A stretch of 64,000 bases of DNA from Bryobacterales bacterium (lineage in GTDB: Bacteria; Acidobacteriota; Terriglobia; Bryobacterales; Bryobacteraceae), in assembly GCA_003170915.1 (NCBI GenBank), contig PMYB01000053.1:23921-87920 (forward strand), written 5' to 3'. The notes under the pieces are model-generated. The model had not been told where the DNA came from and did no database searches. It saw only the letters and a list, made by a program, of their open reading frames with translations. Position 1 is the first letter of the stretch; each line of letters opens with the position of its first letter. This document shows, one piece after another, positions 10,143 through 19,146 of the stretch. The translations under genes and the position numbers were made by a program.

Positions 10143-11174
10143 CTAAGGCAGCAACGCCTTGAGCAGCGGCTTCGTCCAGTTTTCCGCTCGCGCGTCGAAT
10201 GCATCGAAGCCGCAGCGCCAGAAACCCCAGTACGACCAGCTCATGGCGTTCTTCCCGGCCGTGCGCACGACATAGTCCGTCCAGCGAACGCGCGAGGGCA
10301 TATCGGCAGCCTGGTATGCGCCGAATTCCCCAAGATACAGCGGGCGGTTATTCTTCTCGCTCCACGCCGCTACCTTGGCGAAGGCTGCATCCACCGCGGC
10401 CCGCTCTTCCTCCGATGCGGTCCAGTGAATATCTTTGTAGATGCGGTTGCTCGACCAGGACGCCTGCTGATGCGTGAACCTGCCGGGATCGTAATAGTGC
10501 ACCTCGACGATCGTGCTGCGTTCGTTCCCCGGGATGCGCAGGTCGTCGATCGACCCGAAGCCTCCCCCGTTCGCCGTCTGGATCAGAAGGGTGCGATTCG
10601 GGTTGGCCCGGCGTATCAGCGGGATGGTTTCGGCAATCAGACTGTTCCAGGCGTCGGCGCCGAGATTCTGCCGGCTCGGTTCGTTCAACATGCCGAACAT
10701 CACTTCCGGTGGCGAGCTCCGGTAGTGTTCGGAGAGCTGTTGCCAGAGAGCCAGGAAACGGGCGCGGTTCTTCTGGGGATCTTCGTTGCTTGCCTCCGTG
10801 CCTGTAAAGCTGATCAGCGGGTAGTAATGGAAGTCGAGAACCACGGCCAGCCCCTGGGCTATGCATTGGTCCACGGCCCAGTCGACCTTCTTGAGAAAAC
10901 CGGCATCGATGCCAAACGGCGGTTCCTGCTGGGAATAGGATGACCAGCGAATCACCAGGCGCACGTTGGTGAAGCCCGCGTCTTTGATCTTCCGGAAGTA
11001 TTCCGGCTTCATCGGCGGTTCCGGGACCGTTGCCCCGCCGCGATCGAACACCCCGGGGATATTGATTCCACGCCCCAGCCGCCGGTTCTGCGCGAACGGA
11101 TCGCTCTGCGGAAAGACGGCCATTGCGCTGAGACCCGCCAAGGCAGCCAAGGCCAGAAACCGGTTGGATCGCAT
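10143..11174 (-). CDS. GH5 family glycoside hydrolase (cellulase/mannanase-like), secreted
   Basis: Signal peptide 'MRSNRFLALAALAGLSAMA'. 'NVRLVIRW', 'VVLDFHYYP', the acid/base 'MLNEPS' and the nucleophile region 'YLGEFGA' fit GH5. Confidence 0.85.
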   Translation of the reverse strand: MRSNRFLALAALAGLSAMAVFPQSDPFAQNRRLGRGINIPGVFDRGGATVPEPPMKPEYFRKIKDAGFTNVRLVIRWSSYSQQEPPFGIDAGFLKKVDWAVDQCIAQGLAVVLDFHYYPLISFTGTEASNEDPQKNRARFLALWQQLSEHYRSSPPEVMFGMLNEPSRQNLGADAWNSLIAETIPLIRRANPNRTLLIQTANGGGFGSIDDLRIPGNERSTIVEVHYYDPGRFTHQQASWSSNRIYKDIHWTASEEERAAVDAAFAKVAAWSEKNNRPLYLGEFGAYQAADMPSRVRWTDYVVRTAGKNAMSWSYWGFWRCGFDAFDARAENWTKPLLKALLP

Positions 11175-11357
11175 GTCCTGCTATTCTCCTCGAAGCGAAG
11201 TATACACCCAGAAGAGCGTACCATGAAACTCGCCAGATAAAGTCTTCGGCCTTGGATGTCGCCCAAACGGGCTGCCAGCCAGGGTTGTCGGGAGCCATTT
11301 CCAAGAGGACGGGACGCTTGGGCAATTCCTGCCGCTGAGTTGCACCCGTAAACCACG

Positions 11358-12587
11358 CTACCGCCCGCTCACCTGCTTCACCGCGGCGGGGTGGTTCCAC
11401 GCATCGGGCTTGATTTTCATGCCGAAGCCCGGCTCCTCGGGAACCTGGATGAATCCGTCCCGCGGTGAGATGGGATTCTCCAGCATGGCCGGCCAGTCGC
11501 GTTCGTAGAAGCGTTGGCAACTCTCCTGGATCCACACGTTGGGAGATGCGGTGGTGAGGTGTGTTGACGCATAGAACAGCAGCGGGCCGCCGGCTGTGTG
11601 CGGAGCCACCGGAAGCTGATAGGCGTCCGCCATATTGGCGATCTTGCGCGCTTCGGTGAGGCCGCCGCACCAGGTCACGTCGAACATGACAAACCTGGCT
11701 GCGCGCGCAGCCAACAGTTGCTCGAACTGCATCTTGCCCGCCATACGCTCGCTTATGGTCAGCGGTAGCGAGGTGGCCAACGCCAGCTCGCGGTACTGAT
11801 TGGGGTTTCCGGGTAGAAGCATATCCTCGAGCCACATCGGCCGATATGGCTCCAGCGCACGAGCGATACGAATGGCGGCGGTCAGGTTCCAATTGGAGTG
11901 AAACTCCATGGCGATTTCGACATCGCTCCCGAAGGCATCGCGCAGTTTCCTCACCGGCTGCAGGGCCTGGTCGATGTCCTGCTGCGTGATGTACTGATGG
12001 CCATTGCGCTGCGCGGCGCCGTCGAAGGGCCACACCTTGATCGCCCTGATGCCGCGGGTATCGATCAACTCGCGCATGATCTTCTCTGGCTCGCGGATGA
12101 AATCGTATTTGTAAGGGAAACAAGTATTGTAGAGCCGCACCCGCGGATTCGTCTTTCCCCCGATCAGCCGGTAGACGGGCGCATCCAGCGATTTCCCCAG
12201 CAGGTCCCACAGTGCGAGGTCAATAGCGCTCAAGGCGCGCATCTCGGCGCCACCTGTCACCTGATAATCGAACGAACGGTAAAGGTCCGCCCAGATGCGC
12301 TCAATGTCGCGCGGGTCGTGGCCGATCAACTGCTCGGCGATCCCGTGAATGGCCGCCGCCTCGGTGGGATTGCGTGGATAGGTCTCGCCGATCCCGGACA
12401 CACCGTCGGCGTCGATCTTCAACCACGTCCAGTGCGGCCAGAACGGGGCGTCTTCGCGCGATTTCCAGTAGACGGTCTCGATGCTGCGGATTCGAATTGG
12501 GGGCGCGCTCTGCGCGGCCTTCTGGTAAGCCGCCGCCGTGGGCGAGGCCAGCAGGCCGGCAATGAACGATCTGCGATTGAAGGCCAT
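11358..12587 (-). CDS. Enolase-superfamily (mandelate racemase/muconate lactonizing, sugar-acid dehydratase-like) protein with a Tat-type leader
   Basis: Start taken at 'MAFNRRSFIAGLLASPTAAA' (12587; the longest ORF starts at 12626). The N-terminal capping domain plus 'IKVWPFD', 'IAMEFH', 'WLEDM' and 'FDVTWCGG' match the MR/MLE barrel pattern. Confidence 0.8.
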   Translation of the reverse strand: MAFNRRSFIAGLLASPTAAAYQKAAQSAPPIRIRSIETVYWKSREDAPFWPHWTWLKIDADGVSGIGETYPRNPTEAAAIHGIAEQLIGHDPRDIERIWADLYRSFDYQVTGGAEMRALSAIDLALWDLLGKSLDAPVYRLIGGKTNPRVRLYNTCFPYKYDFIREPEKIMRELIDTRGIRAIKVWPFDGAAQRNGHQYITQQDIDQALQPVRKLRDAFGSDVEIAMEFHSNWNLTAAIRIARALEPYRPMWLEDMLLPGNPNQYRELALATSLPLTISERMAGKMQFEQLLAARAARFVMFDVTWCGGLTEARKIANMADAYQLPVAPHTAGGPLLFYASTHLTTASPNVWIQESCQRFYERDWPAMLENPISPRDGFIQVPEEPGFGMKIKPDAWNHPAAVKQVSGR

Positions 12588-12729
12588 AAGCTGAATATAG
12601 CCAATCGCCGCCCTCCACACGCTCACCCGAGCCTCGCGAACTGGACATTACCTCGGAGTGCCGAGGACATCGAGCAAAGCCGGTAGGGTTCTTCCAGCGT
12701 CTGCCGCGCGCAGGGATGGAGTTCGAGCT

Positions 12730-13761
12730 TCACGAGCGGCTGCGCGCAAACCGCGCCATCGCTTCCAGGTTGGCGTGCGGCGTGCCGCGCGGCACCTCGC
12801 AGCCGGCGCCGCAAATGTAAGCCGCGCCCGCCTGCTCGTAGCACTCCGCCAGAACCGCTTCCACCGATTCAGGCGTGCCGTCGCGCAACTCCCGCACCGG
12901 GTCGATATTGCCAAGCAGCACCTGCGTCTCCCCCATGGCGCGGCGCGCGTGGCCGAGCGACGTCGGAGAATCCAGATCGATGATGTCGGCGCCCGTCTGG
13001 CCCATGCCTTCCACGATGCGCCTGGTGTTGCCGCAGATGTGCAGCCGCACCGGCACGCCGAGCGCGCGGATCGCCGCGATCAGGCGCTGCTCGTAGGGCA
13101 GCACATACCTCGCATACAGCCTTGGCCCGATCAGCGAAGCCGCCGCGTCGCCCACGCCGATCAGTGTCGCGCTCGCCTCCACCTGCGCCCGCGCGAACTC
13201 CACTTCCATGCGCACCGTGAAGTCGAAGAGCGCTTCCACAAAGGGCGGGTCGTCGAAGAAATCCAGCATCAGCGTGTTGATCCCGCGCAGATCGGCGCTC
13301 ATCGCGCACGGCCCTTCCACCCACCCTTCGACGATCCGCGTGGCGCCGGTGCGCTCCGCCAGCAGCCGCACCGCCTCGACACGATCGCGCATTCGTCCGG
13401 GCGTGGACGGGTCGGGCGGGCGCAGACCCGCCAGCTTGCTCTTCTCATCGAGCAGCGCGCGGCTCTCCACGATCGCGGGCGGCTGGTCGTCGAACCACTC
13501 CACCTCGGCGCCGAGGTCGGAGGCTTCGCGCGCCGGGTCGGAAATCGCCGACACGTAGTCGAAGCCGAAGCGGTCCGCCACCGCCACCTGCGCATCGGTC
13601 AGCACGCGGTGGTCGCGCGCGTAGTCGTCGTAGCGCACGCCGGCCAGTTCGGCGGCGAACATCATCGTGATCGGCATCAACGGCAACGAATCGGTCGGTT
13701 CGCCGCGCAGTTTCGCGAGAATGCGATCTTTGCCCGTCATCCCTGTGCCTACCGTTACCAC
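12730..13761 (-). CDS. Uroporphyrinogen decarboxylase (URO-D)/MtaA-like family protein
   Basis: 343-aa ORF. 'KDRILAKLRGEPTDSLPLMP', 'SDPAREASDLGAEVE' and 'HICGNT...DIIDLD' match the URO-D/methylcobamide-methyltransferase fold family. No signal peptide. Confidence 0.75.
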   Translation of the reverse strand: MVTVGTGMTGKDRILAKLRGEPTDSLPLMPITMMFAAELAGVRYDDYARDHRVLTDAQVAVADRFGFDYVSAISDPAREASDLGAEVEWFDDQPPAIVESRALLDEKSKLAGLRPPDPSTPGRMRDRVEAVRLLAERTGATRIVEGWVEGPCAMSADLRGINTLMLDFFDDPPFVEALFDFTVRMEVEFARAQVEASATLIGVGDAAASLIGPRLYARYVLPYEQRLIAAIRALGVPVRLHICGNTRRIVEGMGQTGADIIDLDSPTSLGHARRAMGETQVLLGNIDPVRELRDGTPESVEAVLAECYEQAGAAYICGAGCEVPRGTPHANLEAMARFARSRS

Positions 13762-13826
13762 CCTGGTGTCATAGCTGGCCGCGATGCGCTGGCCGGACGG
13801 GGCGCCCCTCTAAGGCCGCATCGGGC

Positions 13827-14759
13827 CTAGAGGGAACTTAGGAACGACCCCAACGCTTCCACGGTCCGCTGTCTTTCATCGTGGTGCAGATTGTGCCCGG
13901 CGCCGTCTATGTGCACCAACTTGCCGTTCTTGAGGACCTTCGCGGCTTCCTCGTTCGCTCTCCTCGTCTCGGGCGGCGCATCGGCTTTCAGGATCAGCGC
14001 CGGCGCGGTAATTTTGCCAAGCGCTTCGGAGGTGCTCATTCCGCCTCCTCCACCGGGCCCGCGCCCATCGCCGGATGCGTAGGAGCCGTGATAGATTCTC
14101 TTCGACACCGCCCAGTACTGGCAGTCGAGCAGATCCCACTTCGGCGTCTGCTTCCGGCACTGCGCCACCAGGTCGTCATACGGCCGATTGTTTTGCGCCA
14201 CCAACGCCTCCGCTGTCCCGCCCATCACCAGGGCAGGCGCTGCCGCCGCGCCGCGAGCGGCGCCCGCACCTCGTCCTCCGCCGGGAGATCCCAGACCCGG
14301 ATCAAGCATGATCACGGCGCGCGGAAGGTCCGGGTACGTCGCCCCGATCCGCATCACCGTGCCGGCGCCCATTGAGTGTCCCATCAGAATGGGCTTCTCA
14401 AGCTTCATCGCCCGAAGGAAGCCGGCCAGGTCCTCCACGCCGGTGTCGCCCTTGGCGTCCGCCGTGGGCGGGTCCGTGTAACCGTGGCCCCGCGCATCCA
14501 CCATGTAGATGTCGTAGGCGGCCTGGAGCTCCTTCGTCAGAGTCGTCCAGTTAAGCCCATAATCGGTGGCGCCATGAGCCATCACCATCACCGGCTTCCC
14601 GGGGGCGGGCACGGCACGATAGTAGTGGATGCGGATTCCGTTCGCGAACACATACCCGTCCGACCACCCGTCCGGAATGCCCGGCGGCGTCGCGGCGACT
14701 GCAACGCCGGCCAGAGCCGCCATCAGGACCATCGTCCACGCAAGCTTTTGCATCGGCAT
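13827..14759 (-). CDS. Secreted alpha/beta hydrolase
   Basis: Signal peptide 'MQKLAWTMVLMAALAGVAVAA', 'VMVMAHGATD', nucleophile elbow 'GHSMGAG', and a C-terminal 'GAGHNLHHD' His region. Confidence 0.85.
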   Translation of the reverse strand: MPMQKLAWTMVLMAALAGVAVAATPPGIPDGWSDGYVFANGIRIHYYRAVPAPGKPVMVMAHGATDYGLNWTTLTKELQAAYDIYMVDARGHGYTDPPTADAKGDTGVEDLAGFLRAMKLEKPILMGHSMGAGTVMRIGATYPDLPRAVIMLDPGLGSPGGGRGAGAARGAAAAPALVMGGTAEALVAQNNRPYDDLVAQCRKQTPKWDLLDCQYWAVSKRIYHGSYASGDGRGPGGGGGMSTSEALGKITAPALILKADAPPETRRANEEAAKVLKNGKLVHIDGAGHNLHHDERQRTVEALGSFLSSL

Positions 14760-15035
14760 GAGAGTTTCTCCGTATAATGCCGACCGCCATTATAATCAAG
14801 TGCTCCTTCCCGTACCAGGTGGACCTTCACTTCGGCGGCGTTTTCGCAGCAGCCGTAAATGGAGGCGACGAAGGCCGGGCGGTTGGCGGCGGTGTGATCG
14901 AGGGCGGCCTGGGCGGCTACATAGCCACCCGCGGAGAAGCCCATGATGCCGACCTTGGCGGGATCGAGGCTCCACTCAACGGCTTGCTGGCGCACGACTT
15001 CGATGGCGCGCCGCCGCGCACGGCGGCTGCAATCG
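14723..15035 (-). pseudogene. Remnant of an alpha/beta-hydrolase (esterase/lipase-type) gene
   Basis: The frame reads '...RRAIEVVRQQAVEWSLDPAKVGIMGFSAGGYVAAQAAL', which is the nucleophile-elbow region only. About 100 N-terminal residues are missing because the frame abuts the MFS stop at 15039. The tail is only patchily esterase-like and runs into the start of the next gene. Confidence 0.55.
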
Positions 15036-15038
15036 CAT

Positions 15039-16418
15039 TTACTGTTTCCACTGCTGTTCGATCTCCTCGAGGTTCTTGCCCTTCGTCTCAGGCGTGAACT
15101 TCCACACGAACCAGACGGTGCAGGCGCACATGAACGCGTAGATCCAGAACGCCCCGGCAGCCGTGAATGCCTTTACGAGCGAAAGAAACGTCAGCGTGAT
15201 CAGCAGGCAGGCGAGCCACAGCGCAACGGTTGCCAACGACATCGCCCGTCCTCGAATTCGCGTGGGGAATAGTTCCGAGATCACAACCCACACGCCAGGT
15301 CCCATCCCGAAGGAGAAGAACGCGACGTAGCAGAGTATCAATGCCAGGACGCTAGAGGGTGTTCTGGAACCCGTCCTAAAGACAAGGCCCAGCGCCGCCA
15401 ACGACAGTCCCATGCCCGCGGCCGCCGCGATGAGCAGCACCTTGCGTCCGAGCCGGTCGATGGTGAACAGCGCAATAACAGTAAAGACCAGGTTCATGAG
15501 ACCCACCAGAACATTCGCCCAAAGGGCCGCGGACGTACTTCGAACTCCCGCCTGCTCCGTGAAGATGATGGACCCGTAGTAGAGTACCGTGTTGATGCCT
15601 GTGACCTGCTGAAGGATAGCGAGGGTAACGCCGATCAGCAGCGGACGGCGCATCCCGGCCTCCAGCAATTGGCGCAACGATCCGCTCTCTTCGGCGATCG
15701 CGCGCTCGATCTCGCGCAGTTGGGAGGGGGGCTCGCCCAACCTTGCCAGTACTTGTGCGGCTTCGGCATGCCGGCCTTCCTTCACCAGCCAGCGGGGGCT
15801 TTCCGGTACGAAGAAGAGAGCGCCCAAGAAAAGCAGTGACGGAACCGCGGCAACAGCGAACATCCACCTCCAGCTTCCATCGCCAAGACCGGCCAGTGCC
15901 CATCCCACCAGGTACGAAACCAGAATGCCCAGCACGATCGCGAGTTGATTCATGCTGACGAGACGCCCGCGGATAGCCGCGGGAGAAACCTCCGCGATAT
16001 AGAGCGGGGCGAGCATCGAAGCGATCCCGATGGCGACCCCAGCCACAACCCGCGCGGCGACAAACGCGCCCAGTCCGTTTGGCAGCGCGGTCGCTACCGA
16101 GGAAAGCGCGAAGATCACGGCCGACAGGAGCAGAACGAACTTGCGGCCGAAACGGTCGCTGAGAGGGCCGGCTGCTCCCGCTCCGAGTGCGCACCCGGCC
16201 AACAGGCTTCCGGCCGCGAATTCGGTTTCGATCTCCGTCCACTGGAAATGCCGCCGAAGAAAAACGATCGCACCGTTGATGATGGCTGTGTCGAAACCGA
16301 ACAGGAATCCACTCAACGCCGTGACCGACGAGATGCGATACGCATAGCCACGGGTTTGCGATTGCGCATCCGACGTGAGAGGGAGGTTTTCGTGCATCCG
16401 GGCGCCGGCCACAATCAC
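15039..16418 (-). CDS. MFS sugar porter family transporter
   Basis: 459-aa ORF. 'GFLFGFDTAIINGA', 'SDRFGRK', 'PESPRWL' and 'PETKGKNLEEIE' are sugar-porter signatures. GTG start at 16418 (GTGA overlap with the upstream stop); an alternative ATG is at 16397. Confidence 0.9.
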   Translation of the reverse strand: MIVAGARMHENLPLTSDAQSQTRGYAYRISSVTALSGFLFGFDTAIINGAIVFLRRHFQWTEIETEFAAGSLLAGCALGAGAAGPLSDRFGRKFVLLLSAVIFALSSVATALPNGLGAFVAARVVAGVAIGIASMLAPLYIAEVSPAAIRGRLVSMNQLAIVLGILVSYLVGWALAGLGDGSWRWMFAVAAVPSLLFLGALFFVPESPRWLVKEGRHAEAAQVLARLGEPPSQLREIERAIAEESGSLRQLLEAGMRRPLLIGVTLAILQQVTGINTVLYYGSIIFTEQAGVRSTSAALWANVLVGLMNLVFTVIALFTIDRLGRKVLLIAAAAGMGLSLAALGLVFRTGSRTPSSVLALILCYVAFFSFGMGPGVWVVISELFPTRIRGRAMSLATVALWLACLLITLTFLSLVKAFTAAGAFWIYAFMCACTVWFVWKFTPETKGKNLEEIEQQWKQ

Positions 16419-17653
16419 CAGACCTTAAGCTCCAAGCCACCCTGACCCGGGTCCTCGAAAGGCCCGGCGAAGGGAGTGGACATCTTTCGCTTCTTGCCGA
16501 AATAGTCGCTTTCGATGACCACGCGCGAGCCATCGGCGTTTTCGTACGCAAGTCCTGAACACTTCGCCTTCCCCAATAGCTCGGTATCTACGAGCTTGGT
16601 CGCGGCAGTGTGCACCTCTGCACCTAGGGTCAAGCGAACATACACGCGGTCGCCTTCCTCGACGAGTTCGAGTTTGGGGTTTGCCCCGGGGAGGTTGAGC
16701 GCACCGTCCTCCCTGAAATAGGCGCGAGCACCCGCGAAATACACATTCCCACCCGTCTGCAGGGGGTACTCCCGGTGGTTGTAAACCCACAGCCCGTAGC
16801 CGCCGAAGCGCAGCGGGTTGGCATCGGCTTGGTTGCCGCTATCGGGTGGCCCGCCATTTCCCACAAAGATGTTGTTGTAGAAACGGTTGTCGCCTCCCGT
16901 GGTGCTGTTAAGGCCGGCGAGCGCGGTCGAGTGTGCTTTGAGATATGGCGTCGAGCGCTGGGGTTCGGACCGGCTGATAAGTCGGCCGGTAATCAGATTA
17001 TGAACGTAGGCGCCTCCCTCGGAGCAGTCCTGCAAGCTCATGCCGGACAGGAAAAGGTTGTTGTCCACAAGAAATGGCCCGTGATTCACCTCGACGAACA
17101 GGTCGTCCGTACTGTTGTCGTAGAGGAGATTGCCAGTGATCCGCCTGCCCTGGGCCATCCAGTCCATCCACAATCCGCGGCCAGCGTTGTGGATGCGGTT
17201 GCCTTTGATCGCCACGTCGATCGCACCGTGCAGTTTGATGCCCGCCATTTCCGCGCCGCCGAACTGCCGCTTGACCCAGATATTGTAGATGTGGTTGTTC
17301 GAGATCTGGCTGAACGCGGCGCCGAGACTTCCGACAATGCCGGCCTGCTCACAGTTGAAGATCACGTTGTTGCGCACGACGTGAGAACCGATGTTTTCCC
17401 GCGACCAGCCGGCTTCCAGGGCACGCACGATCACTTCGTTGCGAGGTGGTGTCACCCGTTCCCGGTAGGTGCCCTCATGCACGGTGATCGCATCGCCCGG
17501 CTGCGCGATCTGGGCGGCTGCAAAAATCGTCTTGGACAGTTTGGACGACGAGCCGTCGTTGTTGTCGTTTCCATTGACGGCGACATGGAGCTCTTTGGCG
17601 GGGGAGGCATAAGCGAGCAGAGTCAACAGAATTGTTACGATCAAGCGTCTCAT
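16415..17653 (-). CDS. Secreted right-handed parallel beta-helix repeat protein (possible polysaccharide lyase/hydrolase)
   Basis: Start taken at 'MRRLIVTILLTLLAYASPA' (17653). 'LHVAVNGNDNNDGS...QPGDAITVHEGTYRE' and repeated 'N-x-I-x-N' turns ('VRNNVIFN', 'ISNNHIYN', 'IKGNRIHN', 'ITGNLLYDN') fit this fold. Confidence 0.8.
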   Translation of the reverse strand: MRRLIVTILLTLLAYASPAKELHVAVNGNDNNDGSSSKLSKTIFAAAQIAQPGDAITVHEGTYRERVTPPRNEVIVRALEAGWSRENIGSHVVRNNVIFNCEQAGIVGSLGAAFSQISNNHIYNIWVKRQFGGAEMAGIKLHGAIDVAIKGNRIHNAGRGLWMDWMAQGRRITGNLLYDNSTDDLFVEVNHGPFLVDNNLFLSGMSLQDCSEGGAYVHNLITGRLISRSEPQRSTPYLKAHSTALAGLNSTTGGDNRFYNNIFVGNGGPPDSGNQADANPLRFGGYGLWVYNHREYPLQTGGNVYFAGARAYFREDGALNLPGANPKLELVEEGDRVYVRLTLGAEVHTAATKLVDTELLGKAKCSGLAYENADGSRVVIESDYFGKKRKMSTPFAGPFEDPGQGGLELKVW

Positions 17654-17960
17654 TTGCCGTCTCCCAGCCATCGATTCCACGAATCCCCCTTCGCGACTAC
17701 AGACCAACAGAGCCTTGGAATGGTGGCGCTCGGAAGGTGCGGTGCTGTAAAGGAAGCGTGGAGCCTTCATAGGTCCTTTTCCTGTGCCTACAATCATACT
17801 CCGCATCGGTTCGCGCGCTTCACTGGGCGATGACCTCGTTCAGTCGATCGGGTTCGGGCTCGTTGTTTCGGCAGCCAAGCCTGAGCGACGCGCTGGTTCC
17901 GTGCCAGCGCCACTTTCGAAGCCGCGCCGGCGTGCGCAGCCGCCACTTGCGCCGGGCCGG

Positions 17961-18480
17961 ATGGTCGACTATGACCTGCCCTGGAACCCAAACCGCCTGG
18001 AACAGCGGTTCGGTCGCATTCACCGCATTGGGCAGACCGAAGTATGCCATCTCTGGAACCTGCTGGCGGAAGAGACGCGCGAAGGCGACGTATACAAGTC
18101 CGCGCGCTCTTCTACCTGGAACTCACTATCCAGGACGGCCGCACCGACAAAACGGGTAATCGCCGGGTCGTCTCCTGCCAGCTTCAGTTCATTGAGATGG
18201 ATGCGCTGGGCTCCACCAGGAACGCCGGATACGCCCCTTACCTGGACTATTGGCCGGCGGCGCCTCAAGAACGGACCAGTCTGGCTGCACCGTTGGAGTC
18301 CCAAGCATGACTAAAGGGAGACCTGGAATCGGTGGTGGTTGGCCACGCGATTGCCAATCTCGTTCCCCTACACCTCGACGAAGTCCGAGAGCGCCGCGAG
18401 GACTTGGTGACCAGGACCATGGCCGCCGCCAAGGACCGGCAGACTAAAGAAATCGCGTACTGGGATCATCGCGCCAACCA
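17961..18480 (+). pseudogene. Remnant of an SNF2/DEAD-like helicase (C-terminal part), in at least three frames
   Basis: '[44 protein letters not shown]' is helicase motif VI. Further helicase-tail-like pieces ('[11 protein letters not shown]...APYLDYWP', 'LHLDEVRERREDLV...EIAYWDHRANQ') lie in other frames and are separated by stops. The ATPase core is absent. Confidence 0.65.
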
Positions 18481-18512
18481 GATCGGCGGATCGCTGGTCG
18501 TCCCCGTCCGGT

Positions 18513-18735
18513 CACGCCGAGGCCGCCGCGGCCCTCGGCCCCATCGACATCCTCGTCCACAACGCCGGAGAGATGACGGATGTGGCAGTCGAAGCGATGC
18601 CGGATGAAATCTGGGAGGCGGCGCTTCGGCGAGCCTGGGGAGATCGCCGGGGCGATTGCCTTCCCGGCCTCCCCCGCCGCAGGCTACATCACCGGCGCGA
18701 CTCTCCATGTGAACGGGGGCCTGGTAATGGATTGA
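18513..18735 (+). pseudogene. Remnant of a short-chain dehydrogenase/reductase (SDR) gene
   Basis: 'AEAAAALGPIDILVHNAGE...MPDEIWEAAL' is followed, after a frame change, by 'EIAGAIAF.ASPAAGYITGATLHVNGGLVMD*'. The Rossmann N-terminus and the catalytic YxxxK segment are missing. Confidence 0.65.
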
Positions 18736-18801
18736 CGCCGTGTGCGCGCGCCGGCAGATCCACGGTGCGCTCGAATTCGCGGGAACCGGCTATATTGAAT
18801 T

Positions 18802-19146
18802 GTGGGCGAAACGTGGCGGCGCACGCTGGCGGTTGGGCTCGCCTTCGTCGTGGCGATCACGGGTACTTTCGTCTTTGCCTACAGGGCCGGCCGGCGAGTG
18901 CGGCATATCCGCACGGAAAATGAGCCCATCCACGCCTGGATGTCGATCCCATTTATCGCCCATGCCCACCACCTCCCCGCATCCGTGCTGTTTCAAGCTA
19001 TCGGGGTTCATCCGCAGGAGCCGCGCGATAGGCGATCCGTTCGCCACATCGCTCACGACCTGAACCGCCCCGTTCCCGACCTGATAGCCCAACTGCAGCG
19101 CGCCATCGATGCCGCCGCGCAACCACCCGGCGGCCACCCGCGATGA
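18802..19146 (+). CDS. Hypothetical small membrane protein
   Basis: 114-aa ORF with one TM helix ('LAVGLAFVVAITGTFVFAY') and GC-rich third codon positions. Its stop forms an ATGA overlap with the dedA-like start at 19143. Confidence 0.55.
   Translation: MGETWRRTLAVGLAFVVAITGTFVFAYRAGRRVRHIRTENEPIHAWMSIPFIAHAHHLPASVLFQAIGVHPQEPRDRRSVRHIAHDLNRPVPDLIAQLQRAIDAAAQPPGGHPR

Noticed and set aside
8894-10162. 422-aa plus-strand ORF
   Set aside because: It is antisense to the Gfo/Idh/MocA gene. Other long shadow ORFs are rejected for the same reason (25706..27112, 40324..41757, 38065..39024, 23571..24596, 12658..13830).
10348-12210. 620-aa minus-strand ORF spanning the GH5 and enolase-superfamily genes
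   Set aside because: It is out of frame with two well-supported genes, is Arg/Pro/Gly-rich, and bridges an intergenic region. It is an artefact of GC-rich sequence.
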